Source: Candidatus Woesearchaeota archaeon (GTDB taxonomy: Archaea; Nanobdellota; Nanobdellia; Woesearchaeales; GW2011-AR15). From it: a stretch of DNA of 64,000 nt. This document shows, piece by piece, positions 1-9,489 of this stretch. Every line of letters begins with the position of its first letter. Position 1 is the first letter of the stretch. The DNA lies in NCBI GenBank assembly GCA_016928835.1, contig JAFGJW010000007.1:12158-76157 (forward strand). Direction: 5' to 3'. The notes under the pieces were generated by a model. The model had not been told where the DNA came from and ran no database searches. It was given only the letters and a program-made list of their open reading frames with translations. The position numbers and the translations under genes were made by a program.

Positions 1-100
1 AATTAATGAAGTTGAAAATAACAAAATTATAATAGAAATCAGAAAAAAGGTTAATGAGTTATGTAAGCAGTTTCCATTGTATCCAGACATCACCTATTAA
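1..100 (+). CDS. glyA: Serine hydroxymethyltransferase, 3' end only (partial)
   Basis: The frame from nt 2 reads INEVENNKIIIEIRKKVNELCKQFPLYPDITY* (TAA 98-100). The V..LC..FPLY ending is typical of GlyA, and the gene sits beside gcvH/lpdA. Confidence 0.7.
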   Translation, partial: INEVENNKIIIEIRKKVNELCKQFPLYPDITY

Positions 101-101
101 A

Positions 102-614
102 ATGATAGAACAAATATTGATAAAGATTAAGGATATTATCTTAGCACCCATAACACACCCGGAAATGATATGGATTTCATTACCTCTCTTAATTTCTCTT
201 GTCCTTATCGAACTATATTTTGGGAAGTATTCAAAAGAAGAACTAGGATGGAACTCAGCACTCTCCAATAGCATGCTCTTATCATTTGTGGGATTGGACC
301 TGTTTAGGAAATTATTTACCATCTCAGGCAATAAGCTAGTTTTCTGCTCTAAGATACTGGTAGCTCTCGGGGTCACTACAGTTGGTTTCGCTTTCCTATA
401 CATGAATTTTTATCATAAGCTTCCAAAAAAACTGGCTTTCACTCTAAACTCAGTAATTCCAACCAATTTAACAGCCTATTTTGCACAAGTCCTGGTATAT
501 ACAGAGCAGGAATTAACCTTAGCAGCTTTAATATCTTTTATCACAATTTACCTCGGAACTTGGTTATTTTTTAGTATTGTTCATATATTTGAAACGAAGG
601 GTTATGATTCTTGA
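102..614 (+). CDS. Hypothetical multi-pass membrane protein
   Basis: Several hydrophobic segments; ATG at 102 directly follows the upstream stop. Confidence 0.7.
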   Translation: MIEQILIKIKDIILAPITHPEMIWISLPLLISLVLIELYFGKYSKEELGWNSALSNSMLLSFVGLDLFRKLFTISGNKLVFCSKILVALGVTTVGFAFLYMNFYHKLPKKLAFTLNSVIPTNLTAYFAQVLVYTEQELTLAALISFITIYLGTWLFFSIVHIFETKGYDS

Positions 615-616
615 CA

Positions 617-886
617 ATGAAAATTATTTTAAAAAAACCGGGATTGAAATTATTGAAGATATTTTTGGAGAGCTCAGACAATAAGATAAAGAGTATTAAG
701 ATAACAGGTGATTTCTTTATCTATCCAGAAGAATCAATAGACAAACTAGAAACAGAATTGACAAGCATTGAAATTGATGAATGGACAATTAAAAAAAGAA
801 TAAATAACTTTGTAAAAAAGAATAATATCAGATTCTTTGGTATTACAACAGAAGCAATTACAGAGGCTATATTAAAATGCAAGTGA
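617..886 (+). CDS. Lipoate-protein ligase C-terminal/accessory subunit (LplB-like)
   Basis: IKSIKITGDFFIYPEE motif; overlaps lplA. Confidence 0.8.
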   Translation: MKIILKKPGLKLLKIFLESSDNKIKSIKITGDFFIYPEESIDKLETELTSIEIDEWTIKKRINNFVKKNNIRFFGITTEAITEAILKCK

Positions 887-1632
887 GATTGTTAAAAACA
901 GGTTCCAATACCGCTTTCATGAATATGGCTATTGACGAGTCTGTGTTAGCGCATGTGAGCAAGGGTTTAAGTATTCCAACACTGAGATTCTATGGATGGA
1001 AGCCTGCTGCTGTTTCTATTGGCTATTTCCAGAGTATGGAGGATGAGGTTGATGTTGAGTTATGCAAAGAGAAAGGCATTGACTGCACCAGGAGAGTTAC
1101 AGGAGGTGGTGCTGTATTCCATGACAAAGAAGTTACATATAGTCTTATTATTCCAGAAAATTCGTTTGTATCAAATGACATTCTTGAATCATATAAGCAG
1201 ATATGTGGGGGCATAATTTCTGGTTTACAGCTATTTGGGATAAAATCAGAGTTCAAACCATTAAATGATATTATTGCTTATGGTAAAAAAATCTCAGGCA
1301 ATGCGCAGACAAGAAGACTAGGATGCATATTACAGCACGGCACAATCATACAGTCAGTGGATGTCAAAAGGATGTTCTCTATACTTAAAGTGCCTGATGA
1401 AAAGATCAAGGATAAATTAATTAAAAGCGTGGAGGAAAGGGTTACTTCTGTGAATAACATTTTAGGGAAAGAAGTTAGTTTTGAAAAAATTGGGGAATGT
1501 TTAATTAAAGGTTTTTCATCGGCTCTAAACCTTGAATTGGTTGAAGGAAAATTGTCTAGTTCTGAGATTGGGCTAGCAGAAAGATTAGTAAAAGAGAAGT
1601 ATGAGACAAAAGAGTGGAATTTTAAAAGGTAA
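877..1632 (+). CDS. lplA: Lipoate-protein ligase A, catalytic domain
   Basis: NMAIDE, RRVTGGGAVFHD, KKISGNAQ and LQHGT motifs. Confidence 0.9.
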   Translation: MQVRLLKTGSNTAFMNMAIDESVLAHVSKGLSIPTLRFYGWKPAAVSIGYFQSMEDEVDVELCKEKGIDCTRRVTGGGAVFHDKEVTYSLIIPENSFVSNDILESYKQICGGIISGLQLFGIKSEFKPLNDIIAYGKKISGNAQTRRLGCILQHGTIIQSVDVKRMFSILKVPDEKIKDKLIKSVEERVTSVNNILGKEVSFEKIGECLIKGFSSALNLELVEGKLSSSEIGLAERLVKEKYETKEWNFKR

Positions 1633-1668
1633 ATTTTATTAATCACTACCCTTTAGTTTTTTATTGGG

Positions 1669-3030
1669 GTGAATAAAATAGAATACGACGCAGTAATCAT
1701 AGGCGCAGGCCCCGGAGGCTATACATGCGCAATCAGAATTTCTCAGCTTGGGGGAAAAGCCTGTATTGTAGAAAAAGATGAATTAGGGGGAACTTGCACA
1801 AACTGGGGATGCATACCCACAAAGTCGCTAATTGCCTCTATTCAATTATTAAAAAGTGTTAAGAGAGCATCTAGATTTGGAATTGATATTAAGGAGTATA
1901 ATGCAGATTTCCAAAAAGTAATGCAGAGGAAAAATACAATTGTAAAAACAGCTGTTCTAGGAATAAAGAATTTATTAGACAGCTATAATGTCAATGTGAT
2001 ACAGGGAGAAGCTCACGTGTTGTCAAAAAATGAAGTAAAAGTGAATGAAGCAACTATAAAGGCAAAGAACATTGTAATTGCCACCGGCTCCAATCCAATT
2101 ATTTTTCCTAATGTGAAGGTTGACGGTCACACTGTCTTAACAAGCAGAGAGCTGTTGTCTATAGACCATGTCCCAAAAGAATTAATAATCATAGGCGGAG
2201 GCATTATCGGCATTGAGTTTGCCACGATATTCTCTGAATTGGGAACAAGAGTTACAATTATTGAGATGCTTCCAAGAATCATAGCAACAGAAGATGAAGA
2301 GATTGGAGCAGAACTTTCAAAATCATTAGAAAAACAAAATGTAACTATTCTAACTAACCACAAATTTTTAGAGATAAATGATAATAGAGTGAAAGTACTT
2401 AACCAGGAAAACAAACAAGAGTTTGAAGTGAGTGCTGAGAAAATACTTTTTGCAGTTGGAAGAAGAGCCAATTTCAATACAGAAGAATTAGATAAGACTG
2501 GGGTTAAATATGAAAAGGCAATTATTGTTGACTCACATTTGAGAACAAATATTCCAAATGTTTATGCAATTGGAGATGTAAACGGAAAGTACATTCTGGC
2601 ACATGTTGCTATGAAGCAAGGTGAAGTTGCTGGTGAAAATATTATGGGACAAGATAAGGAAATGAATTATGATGCTGTGCCAAGCGCCATCTTCACAATC
2701 CCTGAAATTGCCAGTGTCGGCAAACAATATAAAGAAGGCTGCTTAACCGGGAAATTCCCTTTTGCTGCTAATGGAAAAGCAAGAGCTGACTCAGCAATTG
2801 AAGGATTTTGTAAGGTCATTGTAAAAGACAATAAATTATTAGGCGTCCATATAATAGGGGAGAATGCATCTTCACTAATTGAAGAGGCAGCACTCGCAAT
2901 AAAAAATAATATTGGTGTTGAGCAGGTACTTAATACGATTCATGCTCATCCAACATTATGCGAAATATTAAAAGGGGCAGTTGAGGATGCTCTTAACAGG
3001 GCGATTGATCTGCCAAAGAAAGGTGGTTAA
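1669..3030 (+). CDS. lpdA: Dihydrolipoyl dehydrogenase
   Basis: GAGPGGY, GGTCTNWGCIPTK and HAHPTLCE motifs. Confidence 0.95.
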   Translation: MNKIEYDAVIIGAGPGGYTCAIRISQLGGKACIVEKDELGGTCTNWGCIPTKSLIASIQLLKSVKRASRFGIDIKEYNADFQKVMQRKNTIVKTAVLGIKNLLDSYNVNVIQGEAHVLSKNEVKVNEATIKAKNIVIATGSNPIIFPNVKVDGHTVLTSRELLSIDHVPKELIIIGGGIIGIEFATIFSELGTRVTIIEMLPRIIATEDEEIGAELSKSLEKQNVTILTNHKFLEINDNRVKVLNQENKQEFEVSAEKILFAVGRRANFNTEELDKTGVKYEKAIIVDSHLRTNIPNVYAIGDVNGKYILAHVAMKQGEVAGENIMGQDKEMNYDAVPSAIFTIPEIASVGKQYKEGCLTGKFPFAANGKARADSAIEGFCKVIVKDNKLLGVHIIGENASSLIEEAALAIKNNIGVEQVLNTIHAHPTLCEILKGAVEDALNRAIDLPKKGG

Positions 3031-3032
3031 AA

Positions 3033-3410
3033 ATGGAAAATCCAGACAACCTGAAATATACAAAAAAACACGAATGGGTCAAGGTAGAGGGAGATACTGC
3101 TTTATGCGGTGTTACAGACAAGGGTCAGCAGTTGCTGAAGGACATTGTTTTTGTTGAATTACCTTCACCAGGACCTGTTGCAAAAGACCAGCCTATCGGT
3201 TCAGTTGAGTCAGTAAAATCTGTGAGCGATTTCTATGCCCCTGTTTCAGGAGAGATTGTTGAACTGAATAAGGAACTGGAAAACTCGCCAGACTTATTAA
3301 ACAAAGAGCCTTATGGCAGAGGATGGGTTGTGAAAATTAAGCTCACTAATAAAGATGAATTAAATGGATTGATGGATAAAGCTAAATATGAGGAGTTCAT
3401 TAAAGCCTAA
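3033..3410 (+). CDS. gcvH: Glycine cleavage system H protein
   Basis: YTKKHEWV, lipoyl-Lys motif VESVKSVSD, and PYGRGW. Confidence 0.95.
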   Translation: MENPDNLKYTKKHEWVKVEGDTALCGVTDKGQQLLKDIVFVELPSPGPVAKDQPIGSVESVKSVSDFYAPVSGEIVELNKELENSPDLLNKEPYGRGWVVKIKLTNKDELNGLMDKAKYEEFIKA

Positions 3411-4248
3411 GGTTAAGCTACCTTGTTCCCAAAATTACGGAAGAATTAATTCTATTCTTAAAAAGCATAATCTCCATACAGTCTGCGAGGAAGCTTCATG
3501 CCCTAATCTGGGAGAATGCTGGGACTCTGGCACTGCCACATTCATGATTCTTGGGGATATTTGCACTAGGAATTGTCTCTATTGCAATGTTAAGAGCGGG
3601 AAACCAATGAGACCAGACAAAAAAGAGCCAAAGAGAATAGCAGAGGTGGTTAGTAAGTTAGGATTAAATTATGTTGTGATTACTTCTGTTACAAGAGATG
3701 ATTTAGAAGATGGAGGCGCCTCTGCCTTTGCTGCTTGCATAAAAGAGATAAGAAAGTTAAATAGGAACATAAAAGTAGAACTTTTGATACCGGATTATAG
3801 TGGAGATTCCCTAAAAAAGTTAGTAGATGCAAATCCTGATGTACTTAACCATAATATTGAGGTTGTTGAACCTTTGTTCAAAAGACTAAGACCCCAGGGA
3901 GACTACAGAAAATCATTACAGACTCTAAAAGATATTAAAAAGATTAATAAAAATCAAGTAACAAAATCTGGTTTTATAATCGGCTTTGGAGAGATAGAAA
4001 AGGATATTAAATCAACAATAGAAAACTTAAGAAAAGCTGATGTTGATATTCTAACCATTGGGCAATATTTAAGACCAAGTTTAAAGAATGTTCCTGTGGA
4101 GAAATATTACCTCCCAGAAGATTTCAATAAATTGAGAGAATATGCTGTCTCTATTGGAATTCAAGAGATAAAATGCGGACCCCTAGTTAGATCTTCTTAC
4201 AAAGCTAGTCATATGTATAAGAAGGTGTATGAGCATCAAAAGGATTGA
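3388..4248 (+). CDS. lipA: Lipoyl synthase
   Basis: CEEASCPNLGEC, CTRNCLYC and C-terminal RSSY. Confidence 0.95.
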   Translation: MRSSLKPKVKLPCSQNYGRINSILKKHNLHTVCEEASCPNLGECWDSGTATFMILGDICTRNCLYCNVKSGKPMRPDKKEPKRIAEVVSKLGLNYVVITSVTRDDLEDGGASAFAACIKEIRKLNRNIKVELLIPDYSGDSLKKLVDANPDVLNHNIEVVEPLFKRLRPQGDYRKSLQTLKDIKKINKNQVTKSGFIIGFGEIEKDIKSTIENLRKADVDILTIGQYLRPSLKNVPVEKYYLPEDFNKLREYAVSIGIQEIKCGPLVRSSYKASHMYKKVYEHQKD

Positions 4249-5263
4249 ATTCATGGGGCAGTCTTCTCAATGCTATTGATAATCTTTCGTGGAGCACATC
4301 TTCAAGTGAAATTCTTTTTTTATCTAAATACTCCTGGCATTGTTTCTTATATAAGTCACGATTGTACAACCCGACTAAATAACCTGCCACAATAAGCTGC
4401 ATAAAACTGCGAGCTCCTGTCATCTGAATCATGCCACTTCTTTGCTGGGCCACATAGATCTCAGTGACTCCAAGTTCCGCTGCTGTTTCTTCAATAGAAT
4501 AGCCTCTTGCTCCATAGAGCAGTGTAACAGCTTCTCCTGGAGAAAAGACACTCTGTTGTCCGAGTAACTCTGCAGGCAAATACATATCTTCTAGTTGGCT
4601 TATTGCATTTTCCAAACCCGCGGCAAAGCCAATATTATATTTTATGCATATCTTATCCATTAAAGATTTGGTCAACTGTGCTTTCTCCAGTATTAAAATT
4701 GCAGCCTTGCTGATGCTGGTTCTCAGTGTTCCCTTTCTCGTGTTAAACGTCCTTAAAGCAAGACAGATTCTCCGTCGATAATTGCTTATACGGCCAGGAC
4801 AATAGCCCAACCTCTCAGCTGTTTCCTCAGTAGTATAGCCTAAAATTGCATCTAACAATACTCTTCCCTCAAGATAGTTAAATCCGATTCTTAACTGAGA
4901 AGATGGTTCTGCTGGTTCTCCTCTGATACACATGGCTTCCTGCTGAGAGCGGATAGGTATTTCAAGGTGCCTCATCCATAGTCCAATATCCTGGTCCCTT
5001 AGATCTCTATGATAGCTTGACTCAGTGGTAACGCGCATTGCCACTTCCTCTAAACTCATGCGCTCTACATGATATAAATATGCAAGATAAAAAGGTAAAG
5101 TGGGGGGCAAGTCTATCTTTTCTGTGCGAAATTCAGCAAATATATAGGGTGCAAGAGACAATTGGACTTTTTCCATTGTTCCTCTTACATAGGGATTTTC
5201 TAGTTCATTCACACTCCTGATAGTCTCTCTACCGATATCTTCAACACTCGTAAGTTGAGTCAT
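4205..5263 (-). CDS. Hypothetical protein with multiple HTH (LuxR-like) modules
   Basis: GYTTEETAERLG and GYSIEETAAELG LuxR-type HTHs plus an N-terminal LYHVERMSLEEVA HTH-like segment. Confidence 0.6.
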   Translation of the reverse strand: MTQLTSVEDIGRETIRSVNELENPYVRGTMEKVQLSLAPYIFAEFRTEKIDLPPTLPFYLAYLYHVERMSLEEVAMRVTTESSYHRDLRDQDIGLWMRHLEIPIRSQQEAMCIRGEPAEPSSQLRIGFNYLEGRVLLDAILGYTTEETAERLGYCPGRISNYRRRICLALRTFNTRKGTLRTSISKAAILILEKAQLTKSLMDKICIKYNIGFAAGLENAISQLEDMYLPAELLGQQSVFSPGEAVTLLYGARGYSIEETAAELGVTEIYVAQQRSGMIQMTGARSFMQLIVAGYLVGLYNRDLYKKQCQEYLDKKRISLEDVLHERLSIALRRLPHEFNPFDAHTPSYTYD

Positions 5264-5361
5264 CGCTGAGCAGAATTACATCTTTATATATAAATATTAT
5301 ATTAAATAATTGACAATATCTTTTTAAACGATGGTACTTTCTTTTTTTCTAGGTGATTACC

Positions 5362-6792
5362 ATGGAGTATGATTTAAAAAAGATCAATGATTTCCTTTTT
5401 GAAGTTCCTAAACAAGGAGCAATGCAAGTGCCACTTAGAATTTTTGCCTCTGAAAAATTGATCCAGAAGATGAAAGAGGACAATGCAATACAGCAGGGTG
5501 TTAATGTTGCTGCTCTCCCTGGGATAGTAAATGCGTCAATCATGCTGCCAGATGCCCATCAGGGCTATGGTTTCAGCATTGGTGGTGTAGCTGGCTTCAA
5601 ACTTGAGGAAGGTATTATTACTCCTGGTGGAATTGGTTTTGACATAAATTGTGGTATCCGTCTATTATCAACTAGTCTAAAAAAAGAACAGCTGTCTTCC
5701 AAAATTAAGGAACTAATTGAGATTATTTTCAGAAATGTTCCCTCAGGTGTTGGCTCATCCTCAAAAATAAGATTAAGTGATTCTGAATTAAATGCAGTTT
5801 TAGAAAAGGGCTCTAAATGGGCAGTTGCTCACGGCTATGGAATAGAAGAAGATTATGAGCACTGCGAATCTTATGGAAGTTTAGCACCTGCAGATGCTTC
5901 GAAGGTAAGTAACAAGGCAAAAGCCAGGGGCAGAGACCAGCTCGGCACTTTAGGTGCTGGAAATCATTTCCTTGAAATACAGTATGTGGACGAGATTTAC
6001 CAGCCAGAGATAGCTAAAAGATTTGGTATTAATGAGAAGAACCAAATAACTGTAATGATACATTGTGGCTCTCGCGGTTTAGGTCATCAGGTGTGTTCTG
6101 ATTACCTGCGCAAAATGGAGGATACCTATCCAGATATCATGAAAAGACTGCCTGAAAAAGACCTAATCTATGCCCCGTTTAACAGCCAGCTGGGACAGGA
6201 TTACTTTAAAGGGATGAGTGCTGCTGCCAATTATGCATGGGCTAACAGGCATATTATTGCACATTTTGTAAGAGAGTCGTTTAAGCCAATATTTCCAGAT
6301 GCAGAGCTTAAAACTATTTATGATGTGGCACACAATATAGCTAAAATAGAAGAGCATGAAGTGGATGGCAGAAAAGTGAAGCTGATTTTGCATAGGAAAG
6401 GAGCCACTAGAGCATTTCCACCAGGCCACCCAGAGATACCTGATGCTTACAGGGAAGCAGGGCAACCAGTGATAATTCCTGGCAGCATGGGAACTGCTTC
6501 TTATCTCTTGGTAGGCACAAAAGAGGGAATGGAACAGACATTTGGGAGCTCAGCGCATGGCGCTGGCAGAGTTATGAGCAGGCATGCTGCATTGCGGCAA
6601 TTCAGAGGCGAGCATGTGAAGAGCGAGCTTGAGAAAAACAAGATTTATGTCAAGGCGGCATCATGGAAGGGAATAGCAGAAGAAGCCCCTCAAGTATACA
6701 AGGATATAGATGAAGTTATTAGAGCAACAACAAAATCAGGACTAAGCAAGGCAGTTGCAAGATTAAGACCAATGGGTGTGATAAAGGGATAG
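5362..6792 (+). CDS. rtcB: tRNA-splicing ligase RtcB
   Basis: PDAHQGYG, GFDINCG, GAGNHF, HRKGAT and HGAGR motifs; SD AGGTGA before ATG 5362. Confidence 0.96.
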   Translation: MEYDLKKINDFLFEVPKQGAMQVPLRIFASEKLIQKMKEDNAIQQGVNVAALPGIVNASIMLPDAHQGYGFSIGGVAGFKLEEGIITPGGIGFDINCGIRLLSTSLKKEQLSSKIKELIEIIFRNVPSGVGSSSKIRLSDSELNAVLEKGSKWAVAHGYGIEEDYEHCESYGSLAPADASKVSNKAKARGRDQLGTLGAGNHFLEIQYVDEIYQPEIAKRFGINEKNQITVMIHCGSRGLGHQVCSDYLRKMEDTYPDIMKRLPEKDLIYAPFNSQLGQDYFKGMSAAANYAWANRHIIAHFVRESFKPIFPDAELKTIYDVAHNIAKIEEHEVDGRKVKLILHRKGATRAFPPGHPEIPDAYREAGQPVIIPGSMGTASYLLVGTKEGMEQTFGSSAHGAGRVMSRHAALRQFRGEHVKSELEKNKIYVKAASWKGIAEEAPQVYKDIDEVIRATTKSGLSKAVARLRPMGVIKG

Positions 6793-6915
6793 ATATATAT
6801 TATTTCTGAATAATTTTATAAATCTTTCTACTAATTTACTATTGACAAGTAGTCATAAAATAAACCACAAAATATAAATATCAATTGCCTATAATATGTG
6901 CGGGGGATATAATTA

Positions 6916-7209
6916 ATGGGAAAAATAAGACTTATTGTCTTAGACATTTTAAAGCCGCACCAGCCAAGTATCTTAGAGCTGGCTTCTCAATTAAGTGACT
7001 TGAAAGGAGTTGACGGAGTTGATATTACAGTATACGAGATAGACAGCAAAGTGGAAAATGTTAAAGCCACAATCAAGGGCGCTCATATTGAATACCCAAA
7101 AGTTAGAAAGGTAGTTGACCAAATGGGAGGCACAATCCATAGTATAGATAAGGTTGCATGCGGTCACGAGATTGTCAAAGAAGTTGACACCCACCAGGAC
7201 AACCATTAA
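6916..7209 (+). CDS. DUF211 family protein
   Basis: RLIVLDILKPHQP and GGTIHSID motifs. Confidence 0.85.
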   Translation: MGKIRLIVLDILKPHQPSILELASQLSDLKGVDGVDITVYEIDSKVENVKATIKGAHIEYPKVRKVVDQMGGTIHSIDKVACGHEIVKEVDTHQDNH

Positions 7210-7211
7210 CC

Positions 7212-7805
7212 ATGAGATCAGCTCTCTCCAGATTTCTAGACAGAGTAAGAGAATACGACAGAATAGCCAAGATAGGCGAAATAGGCAGAAGATATTTCGC
7301 CATGAATTCCTTCGACGGCATCCTAACAATTCTTGGAATACTGCTGGGAAGCTATTTCGCAGGGATAAGCAATGCGAGAATAATCATAACTACTGGTTTT
7401 GGCGCCTGCATTGCGATGGGTGTTTCTGGGATATGGGGAACTTACCTGGCTGAAGAAGCAGAAAGAAATAAGGCATTAAGGGACTTGGAAAGAGCAACTC
7501 TGACAAGAATGAAAAATACCAAAATTCAAAAGGCTGCAAAATTTGCCATAATCAGCGTTGCTTTGATTGATGGACTGTCTCCCTTCTTTGCTGCACTAGT
7601 AGTGATTCTTCCCTTCATAGTGCTATCCTTCCTACCTATTAAGTTAATCTACCTAATCTCAATAATGATTGCTTTCATTCTTCTAATCTCTTTAGGTATC
7701 TTCCTGGGTACGATTTCAAGGGAAAATATTATTAAGAGTGGATTAAAAATGGCGCTCGCCGGAGTGGTTTGTGTTGTCCTAAGTCTCCTCTTACAATTTT
7801 ATTAG
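7212..7805 (+). CDS. VIT1/CCC1-like membrane protein
   Basis: NSFDGILT and GTYLAEEAE motifs; usual partner of DUF211. Confidence 0.8.
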   Translation: MRSALSRFLDRVREYDRIAKIGEIGRRYFAMNSFDGILTILGILLGSYFAGISNARIIITTGFGACIAMGVSGIWGTYLAEEAERNKALRDLERATLTRMKNTKIQKAAKFAIISVALIDGLSPFFAALVVILPFIVLSFLPIKLIYLISIMIAFILLISLGIFLGTISRENIIKSGLKMALAGVVCVVLSLLLQFY

Positions 7806-7851
7806 AAAGCTTTAAATATACGCTAACAAACCAAGGAATTAGGTGATTTAT

Positions 7852-8271
7852 ATGAGTATTGTGGGATTCAATTTTACAAAGATCGTGGTTGAGAAGAAGA
7901 AACAGGCAATTGGAAAGATTAATATTGCAAATAATTTCAGCATTAAGGAAGTTCGAGAAGCAAAACTAAACTTAGGCAAGAGCTCACAAAGAGGCCTGGA
8001 ATTCAACTTTGAATTTAGTTCCAAGTATCAGGATGATATTGGTTCAATCGAACTTTTCGGTTTCCTTATATTTATGGACAAAGAAGAAAAGGTAAAAGAA
8101 GCGCTCTCTTCATGGAAAAAAGATAAGAAAATCCCAAAAGAGATTATTGACCAGGTCTACAATCACATAATTTCAAGGAGTTATGTTGAAGCATTGTTAT
8201 TGAGCAGGGAAGTTCAGCTGCCTCCTCCGATTCCCTTGCCAAGAATCGCTCAGAGACAGACTACCCAATAA
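7852..8271 (+). CDS. Conserved archaeal hypothetical protein
   Basis: IVGFNFTKI start and LPPPIPLP end; SD GGTGA. Confidence 0.7.
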   Translation: MSIVGFNFTKIVVEKKKQAIGKINIANNFSIKEVREAKLNLGKSSQRGLEFNFEFSSKYQDDIGSIELFGFLIFMDKEEKVKEALSSWKKDKKIPKEIIDQVYNHIISRSYVEALLLSREVQLPPPIPLPRIAQRQTTQ

Positions 8272-8316
8272 TTTTTTTTCTAAAAATTTTTATTTAATCA
8301 TTTATTCTACTTTATC

Positions 8317-9489
8317 ATGTTCAAACGGATATTTGTCATAGTTCTGGACGGCGTAGGTATTGGATATCTGCCTGATGCAGAAAGAGTTGGAGATAAAGGA
8401 GCTAATACAATGAAAAATATTGCTCTTGCATCAAATGGACTAAGTCTGCCAAATCTTCAAAGGCTGGGCCTGGGTAATATAATAGAGATTAAGGGGATAC
8501 AGAAAACAGCCGGAATAGGCTCCTTTGGAAAAATGGCTGAGAAGAATCCAGCTAAAAATTCTGATGCTGGCCATTGGGAATTGATGGGATATATCAAAGA
8601 TCCCGGCTTTCCTCTCTATCCAAATGGATTTCCAAAGCAATTGCTGAAAAGGTTTGAGATTCTAACAGGCAGAAAAGTACTTGGTAATATCCGTGCATCT
8701 GGAACCGAGATAATCAAGCGATTGGGAGAAGAGCATCTTAAAACGGGAAAACTGATAGTATATACTTCTGCGGACAGTGTATTTCAAATTGCAGCCCATG
8801 TTGATATTATCTCCATTGAAGAATTATATGGTATTTGTAAGAAAGCAAGAAAATTGTGTGTTGGAAAATGGGAAGTTGGCAGGATTATAGCAAGGCCATT
8901 TCAAGGTAAAGCAGATAAATTTCAAAGGATAAATGAAAGGAGGAGAGACTATCCTTTGCCATTTAAAGAGGATACTATTTTAGACAAACTAAAAGAAAAT
9001 GGCTATGATACAATCACATTTGGCGAGGTAGGGGAACTGTTCAATATGAAAGGCATTACAAAGTATCTCCATACAAAAGATAATCAGCAATCCATAAACT
9101 TTATTATCCAAAAAACACAAAAAGACTTTACGGGTATATTATTTGGAAACCTTGTTGATTTTGATATGCTCTATGGTCATAGGCGCAATCCTGCTGGGTT
9201 TAAAAAAGCGCTTGAATACTTTGATAGCAGGCTCAGTGATATAATGGCCAGGCTCGATCAGGATGACCTCTTGGTTATTACTGCAGACCACGGAAATGAC
9301 CCAACGTTCAAGGGTACAGATCACACACGGGAATATGTTCCTCTGCTTGTTTATGGAAAAAAATGCAGGCCAAATGTTAATCTCGGAACAAGAAAAAGTT
9401 TTGCTGATGTCGGCAAAACCATAGCAGATAATTTCAACTTAAAAATTAATAATGGAACAAGTTTTTTAAAAGAGATATTAGAATGTTAA
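8317..9489 (+). CDS. deoB: Phosphopentomutase
   Basis: VLDGVGIG, YTSADSVFQIAAH, DFDMLYGHRRN, TADHGNDP and DHTREYVP motifs. Confidence 0.93.
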   Translation: MFKRIFVIVLDGVGIGYLPDAERVGDKGANTMKNIALASNGLSLPNLQRLGLGNIIEIKGIQKTAGIGSFGKMAEKNPAKNSDAGHWELMGYIKDPGFPLYPNGFPKQLLKRFEILTGRKVLGNIRASGTEIIKRLGEEHLKTGKLIVYTSADSVFQIAAHVDIISIEELYGICKKARKLCVGKWEVGRIIARPFQGKADKFQRINERRRDYPLPFKEDTILDKLKENGYDTITFGEVGELFNMKGITKYLHTKDNQQSINFIIQKTQKDFTGILFGNLVDFDMLYGHRRNPAGFKKALEYFDSRLSDIMARLDQDDLLVITADHGNDPTFKGTDHTREYVPLLVYGKKCRPNVNLGTRKSFADVGKTIADNFNLKINNGTSFLKEILEC

